Below, in pieces: positions 59,893 to 64,000 of a stretch of 64,000 bases of DNA (its first letter is position 1; the number at the start of each line of letters is the position of its first letter). Both the position numbers and the translations under genes were made by a program. The notes beneath the pieces were generated by a model. It was not told the origin of the DNA, did no database searches, and saw only the letters and a list, made by a program, of their open reading frames with translations. Source of the stretch: a bacterium (GTDB lineage Bacteria > Patescibacteriota > Patescibacteriia > SBBB01); NCBI GenBank assembly GCA_005239895.1, contig SBBB01000027.1, forward strand, positions 376 through 64,375, read 5' to 3'.

Positions 59893-60525
59893 ATGATAAT
59901 CATTCCAGCTATTTTAACTAAAGACGAAAATACACTAAAACAAGAATTATTAGCTTTAGAGCAAAACCTATTGATTAAATGGTCCCAAATTGATATTATG
60001 GATAATGCTTTCGTGCCTTATAGTAGTATAAGTTTAGGGTTTTTTAAAAATATTTCAACTCGATTATTTTTAGAAGCTCATTTAATGGTTATTAAACCTG
60101 ACGATTATTTGAATTTATGTTACGAGGGTGGATTTAAGAGAGTAATTTTTCATATTGAATCTCAGGTTGAATCATTGGAATTTATTAAAAGGGTTAAATT
60201 ATTAGGATTAGAAGTTGGAGTGGCTTTGAACCCCGAAACACCATGTTCAAAAATTGAACCCTTGATACCATATGTAGATTTAGTTTTATTTTTAGGAGTG
60301 CATCCTGGTCAGCAAGGGCAAACATTTGTTAAAGATGTGTTGACCAAGATTAAAGAATTTCGGAAGAGTTATCCCCATGTTTTAATATCCGTGGATGGAG
60401 GGGTGCATTTAGATAATGTGCATGATTTTAATCAGAGCGGAGTGAACATGGTTATAATGGGTAGTGCTTTATGGAAAAATAATGAATTAAATTCTAATTT
60501 AATTAAAGCTTACAATAGTTTATAA
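59893..60525 (+). CDS. rpe: Ribulose-phosphate 3-epimerase
   Basis: IDIMD..FVP, HLM, FHIE, NPET, VDGG. Confidence 0.92.
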   Translation: MIIIPAILTKDENTLKQELLALEQNLLIKWSQIDIMDNAFVPYSSISLGFFKNISTRLFLEAHLMVIKPDDYLNLCYEGGFKRVIFHIESQVESLEFIKRVKLLGLEVGVALNPETPCSKIEPLIPYVDLVLFLGVHPGQQGQTFVKDVLTKIKEFRKSYPHVLISVDGGVHLDNVHDFNQSGVNMVIMGSALWKNNELNSNLIKAYNSL

Positions 60526-60534
60526 TATTTTTTT

Positions 60535-61164
60535 ATGAAAATACTGAGCAAAGTTACTTGTTTTGGATATTCAGGTAGTAAGGTTACCGATAGTATATAT
60601 CAAGAAGTTTATGATGTGGCTAATTTGATTGCTAAAGAGGGTTTAACTATTGTGAATGGTGGTTTTGAGGGTATTATGGAGGCCGTGAGTCATGGCGCTA
60701 GAGTTGCGGGTGGGCATGTTATTGGAGTTACATTTTATCCCAAAGAAGCTACGCACTTTGAAGGTGGAACCTTAAGTCCCAACCCCTGGATTGATGAAGA
60801 AATTAAAACCCCTCATTATGTTGCTCGAACCTTAAAATTAATTGAATTAGGTGAAATATATATTGTGTTTAATGGTGGAACTGGAACCATTTCGGAGTTT
60901 GGTTTAGCTTGGGGTTTAGCTAGAATTTATTATGGAAGACATAAGCCTTTGATTTTGTACGGCGATTTTTGGCATGATATTATAGAAACGTTTCAAAGAA
61001 ATATGTTTTTGCGCAAAGAAGATCTTAAAGCAATTAAAATTGTCATTACACCCGAAGAAGTTGTAAAAGCTCTTAGGGTTTATGATAAAATTTTAGTGAA
61101 ACGCAGACAAGAATCAGGTGCTAATTTTCGAGGAGTTAGCCCTGAAGATCCATTTAATATATGA
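60535..61164 (+). CDS. LOG family protein
   Basis: NGG..GIMEA, GGTGTISE. Confidence 0.88.
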   Translation: MKILSKVTCFGYSGSKVTDSIYQEVYDVANLIAKEGLTIVNGGFEGIMEAVSHGARVAGGHVIGVTFYPKEATHFEGGTLSPNPWIDEEIKTPHYVARTLKLIELGEIYIVFNGGTGTISEFGLAWGLARIYYGRHKPLILYGDFWHDIIETFQRNMFLRKEDLKAIKIVITPEEVVKALRVYDKILVKRRQESGANFRGVSPEDPFNI

Positions 61165-61195
61165 CACCTGATACCTGATATTTAACATTATATTT

Positions 61196-63208
61196 ATGAA
61201 TTTTGCTGAATTAGCTCGAAAATTAAATATACTGCCAAATGATTTGCGAGACAAATTACCAGTCTTAGGTTTTGATATTGGTCGCAAGGCTGTTAAAGTA
61301 GACGACCGTATCGCGTTAAGAATATTAAATGAATGGCCGGTTTTAAGTAAGAGGTTTGCGCCAGTTGAAGAAGTTGACCGCAGCCAAATTCAAGAGCAGG
61401 TTCTTAAAAGTATTGTTAAATTACCACTGGTTTTAACTGTTAAAGAATTATCGCAAAAATTACAAATTCCATTATCAAAACTTATGGTAGAGTTGATGAA
61501 TAATAGAATTTTAGCGTCTTTAAATGAGCGCATAGATTTTGAGACTGCTAGTATTATTGCTCAAGATTTTGGTATTAAAGTTGAATTAGAAGAAGAGGTG
61601 GTAGATGATCATTTAGATCAATCTGGGGCCGACTTGGCAAGTAAAATTGATTCTCGTTTGGCTGGTATTAAAAAAGAGCAATTAAAAGTTCGTCCTCCTA
61701 TTGTGGTATTTATGGGTCACGTTGATCACGGTAAAACAACTTTATTGGATGCTATTCGTAGTACAAATATTGTTACTAAAGAAGCTGGGCGTATTACGCA
61801 GCATATTGGAGCGTATCAAGTTAGTAAACAAGGAAGATTAATAACATTTTTAGACACACCTGGTCATGAAGTGTTTATGGCTATGAGATCGCGGGGAGCT
61901 AAAATTGCAGATGTGGCTGTTTTAGTTGTGGCAGCGGATGATGGAATTCAAGAACAAACCAAAGAAGTTGTTAAAATTATTGAGGCTGCGAAAATTCCCG
62001 TATTGGTTGCGATTAATAAAATAGATAAACCCACGGCCAATATTCAATTAGTAAAAAGTGGCTTAGCGGAATTAAATTTAACTCCGGAAGAATTCGGTGG
62101 GCACACTATTTGTGTTCCTGTATCAGCAAAAGCTAAGACTGGAATTGACGAATTGCTGGATATGATTTTATTTGTAGCTGATTCTTTAAAAGATGAATTA
62201 TTGGTAAATTATGACGACAAAGTTTTGGGTACGGTTATTGAATCTTATATTGATCCTCGCGAAGGCGTTTCCACAACTATAATTGTGCAGCATGGCACTT
62301 TGCATGCTAAAGATTCCATTGTTATTGCGGGAAATTTGTATGGCAAAATTAAAGCTTTAAAGAATTTTTTAAATGAACCTGTTAAAAAAGCTGGACCTTC
62401 TATGCCTGTAAAAATTTTAGGATTAAAAGCTTGCCCAGCTGTCGGAGAAATAGTAGAAACTGAAACTGCAAATATAAAATTAGAGACCGTAGCTAAGCAA
62501 AAACTGGCTTCCAAATCCATGGAATTACATAAAACATCTTGGCAAGAAGTTCAATCTGGGAAACCTAGCGCTGTTAAATCTAAGATTAGTGAGTCTGATT
62601 TTAAAATTTTAAATATTGTGCTTAAAGCCGACAAATATGGATCTTTAGAAGCTATTATTACTTCTTTGGATAAATTTAATATTGAAAAACCCAAATTAAA
62701 AATAATTAGCAGTGGTTTAGGTAATATACATGAGAATGATATTTTAAAAGCCAAAGCGTCCAACGCTATTATAGTTGGTTTTCATATTAATATTACTCAA
62801 AATGTTTTAAAAATTATTGATGATCAAAAAGTTGAAGCTAAGACCTACGATGTTATTTACAATCTTTTGGATGATGTTTCTAAAAATTTAGATAAATTAG
62901 CTGGGCAAGTTTTGACAAAAATCGAGGTTGGAAAATTATTGGTTAAAAAAATATTTAGAGATAATGGTAAAGTGTGTTTATTGGGTGGAGTTGTTCAGAG
63001 TGGACAGGTGGAAAACAAATTAAAATTTAATGTTCAAAGAAGTTCAGGCGATATAATCACAGGATCAATTTTAAGTATGCGCTCTGGAGCGGAGGATGTT
63101 TCTTTAGTTGTTACGAATGAAGAATGTGGAATACAAGTAAAAAGTAACAGTCCTTTAAAATCCGGCGATGTATTAGAAATATATAGAGAAGAAATGGTCC
63201 AAGCCTAA
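61196..63208 (+). CDS. infB: Translation initiation factor IF-2
   Basis: GHVDHGKTT, ITQHIGA, DTPGH, NKID. Confidence 0.97.
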   Translation: MNFAELARKLNILPNDLRDKLPVLGFDIGRKAVKVDDRIALRILNEWPVLSKRFAPVEEVDRSQIQEQVLKSIVKLPLVLTVKELSQKLQIPLSKLMVELMNNRILASLNERIDFETASIIAQDFGIKVELEEEVVDDHLDQSGADLASKIDSRLAGIKKEQLKVRPPIVVFMGHVDHGKTTLLDAIRSTNIVTKEAGRITQHIGAYQVSKQGRLITFLDTPGHEVFMAMRSRGAKIADVAVLVVAADDGIQEQTKEVVKIIEAAKIPVLVAINKIDKPTANIQLVKSGLAELNLTPEEFGGHTICVPVSAKAKTGIDELLDMILFVADSLKDELLVNYDDKVLGTVIESYIDPREGVSTTIIVQHGTLHAKDSIVIAGNLYGKIKALKNFLNEPVKKAGPSMPVKILGLKACPAVGEIVETETANIKLETVAKQKLASKSMELHKTSWQEVQSGKPSAVKSKISESDFKILNIVLKADKYGSLEAIITSLDKFNIEKPKLKIISSGLGNIHENDILKAKASNAIIVGFHINITQNVLKIIDDQKVEAKTYDVIYNLLDDVSKNLDKLAGQVLTKIEVGKLLVKKIFRDNGKVCLLGGVVQSGQVENKLKFNVQRSSGDIITGSILSMRSGAEDVSLVVTNEECGIQVKSNSPLKSGDVLEIYREEMVQA

Positions 63209-63215
63209 TAGGATT

Positions 63216-63231
63216 GCAGGCGGGAATCCAG
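63216..63231 (+). repeat. Half copy of the REP/dRS3-like palindrome
   Basis: GCAGGCGGGAATCCAG. Confidence 0.6.
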
Positions 63232-63267
63232 ATTTATGCGTGAATTTCGAATTTCGAATTTTGAATT

Positions 63268-63846
63268 ATGAATATGGAAAAAAAGTTTACACCACCAGAA
63301 GGCTCTGAAATCTTAATAAGAAATCTTGAAAGAAGGCAAGATTTTTTGGCGCGTGTAAGCCATAAGGAAAAAGAAGAAATACCAGAGATTGTAATTAAAG
63401 ATACTTTTCTGCGTTTTTTAAAGCAAAAATACAAAAATTTAAGTGAAGATGAAATTCATGATTTGAATAATCGAGTTTTTATGATGTTAAACAGAGCTGC
63501 TTCTATTGCTAATAAAAAACAAGATACAGCTCCAGTTACTTCTATGTTTTCCTTTACTAAAAAAGGTGTAGTTGGTATTTTAGAAAAAGAATATCAGGAA
63601 TTCAAAAATCAAATGAAGAGTATCATTGAATTATGCGAACAATACAAAGTGTCTCTAAAATCTATTACTGGTATGCAATATGGTTTGGGTATGCCTGATA
63701 TTGTTGAGCTTACAAAATTAGTTCAATGGTGCAAAGATAAGGGTATAGATTTAAAGTCCATTACTGGCATGCAGAATGGTTTGGGTACGCCTGACGTTGC
63801 AAGACGAATAGAATTATTAAAGTTAATAAAAAGATCTACTGTTTAA
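63268..63846 (+). CDS. Hypothetical protein with 32-aa helical repeats
   Basis: LKSITGMQ(Y/N)GLG(M/T)PD repeated at a 96-nt offset. Confidence 0.75.
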   Translation: MNMEKKFTPPEGSEILIRNLERRQDFLARVSHKEKEEIPEIVIKDTFLRFLKQKYKNLSEDEIHDLNNRVFMMLNRAASIANKKQDTAPVTSMFSFTKKGVVGILEKEYQEFKNQMKSIIELCEQYKVSLKSITGMQYGLGMPDIVELTKLVQWCKDKGIDLKSITGMQNGLGTPDVARRIELLKLIKRSTV

Positions 63847-64000
63847 CAAAAGAATACTTGTTGTGCATGTATTTTAATCAATAAAATCAATAAAAACTCA
63901 ATATTATTTATTTGGAGAAGGTTTAATTATTGTGTTGGCTTTAAGCTGTAGTGTTGCGTTAAATACTAATTGTAATAGGAATAATAATTGCACACGCTTC

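Overview
AT-rich bacterial chromosome segment whose gene content points to Patescibacteria (CPR, Parcubacteria/ABY1-like); this is an inference from the PrgI/VirB4-like locus, pilin-like domains, alpha2-type GlyRS, Lys-rich RpoD N-terminus and housekeeping genes without Shine-Dalgarno (SD) sites. Housekeeping blocks (pyrG; rny-ymdB-hup-rpsA-ftsH; rfbB; nth; glyS; pilM to virB4-like-comF; aspS-scpB-dedA-dnaG-rpoD; xseBA-map; yraN-rpiB-rpe-LOG-infB) alternate with accessory DNA near three ordinary tRNAs (Ala, Leu, Asn). Main observations: (1) a consensus promoter at 51.3 kb precedes a tRNA body with a 63-nt structured insertion in its anticodon loop and a second, degenerate cloverleaf; (2) a fixed-length 23-bp palindrome (ACTTAG-N11-CTAAGT) and a second palindrome family sit at gene junctions, mostly in cassette-like accessory arrays; (3) about a dozen stand-alone genes, most with their own promoter, a strong GGAG(G) and a hairpin, in a genome whose core genes lack SD, including a dapL/lysA/PDT-like islet; (4) an AbiEii-type toxin-antitoxin module bracketed by an 88-bp duplication of the aspS promoter region and split by a MITE; (5) two rod-like ncRNA candidates; (6) nested palindromic elements. 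All calls come from reading the sequence by eye; no database searches were run.
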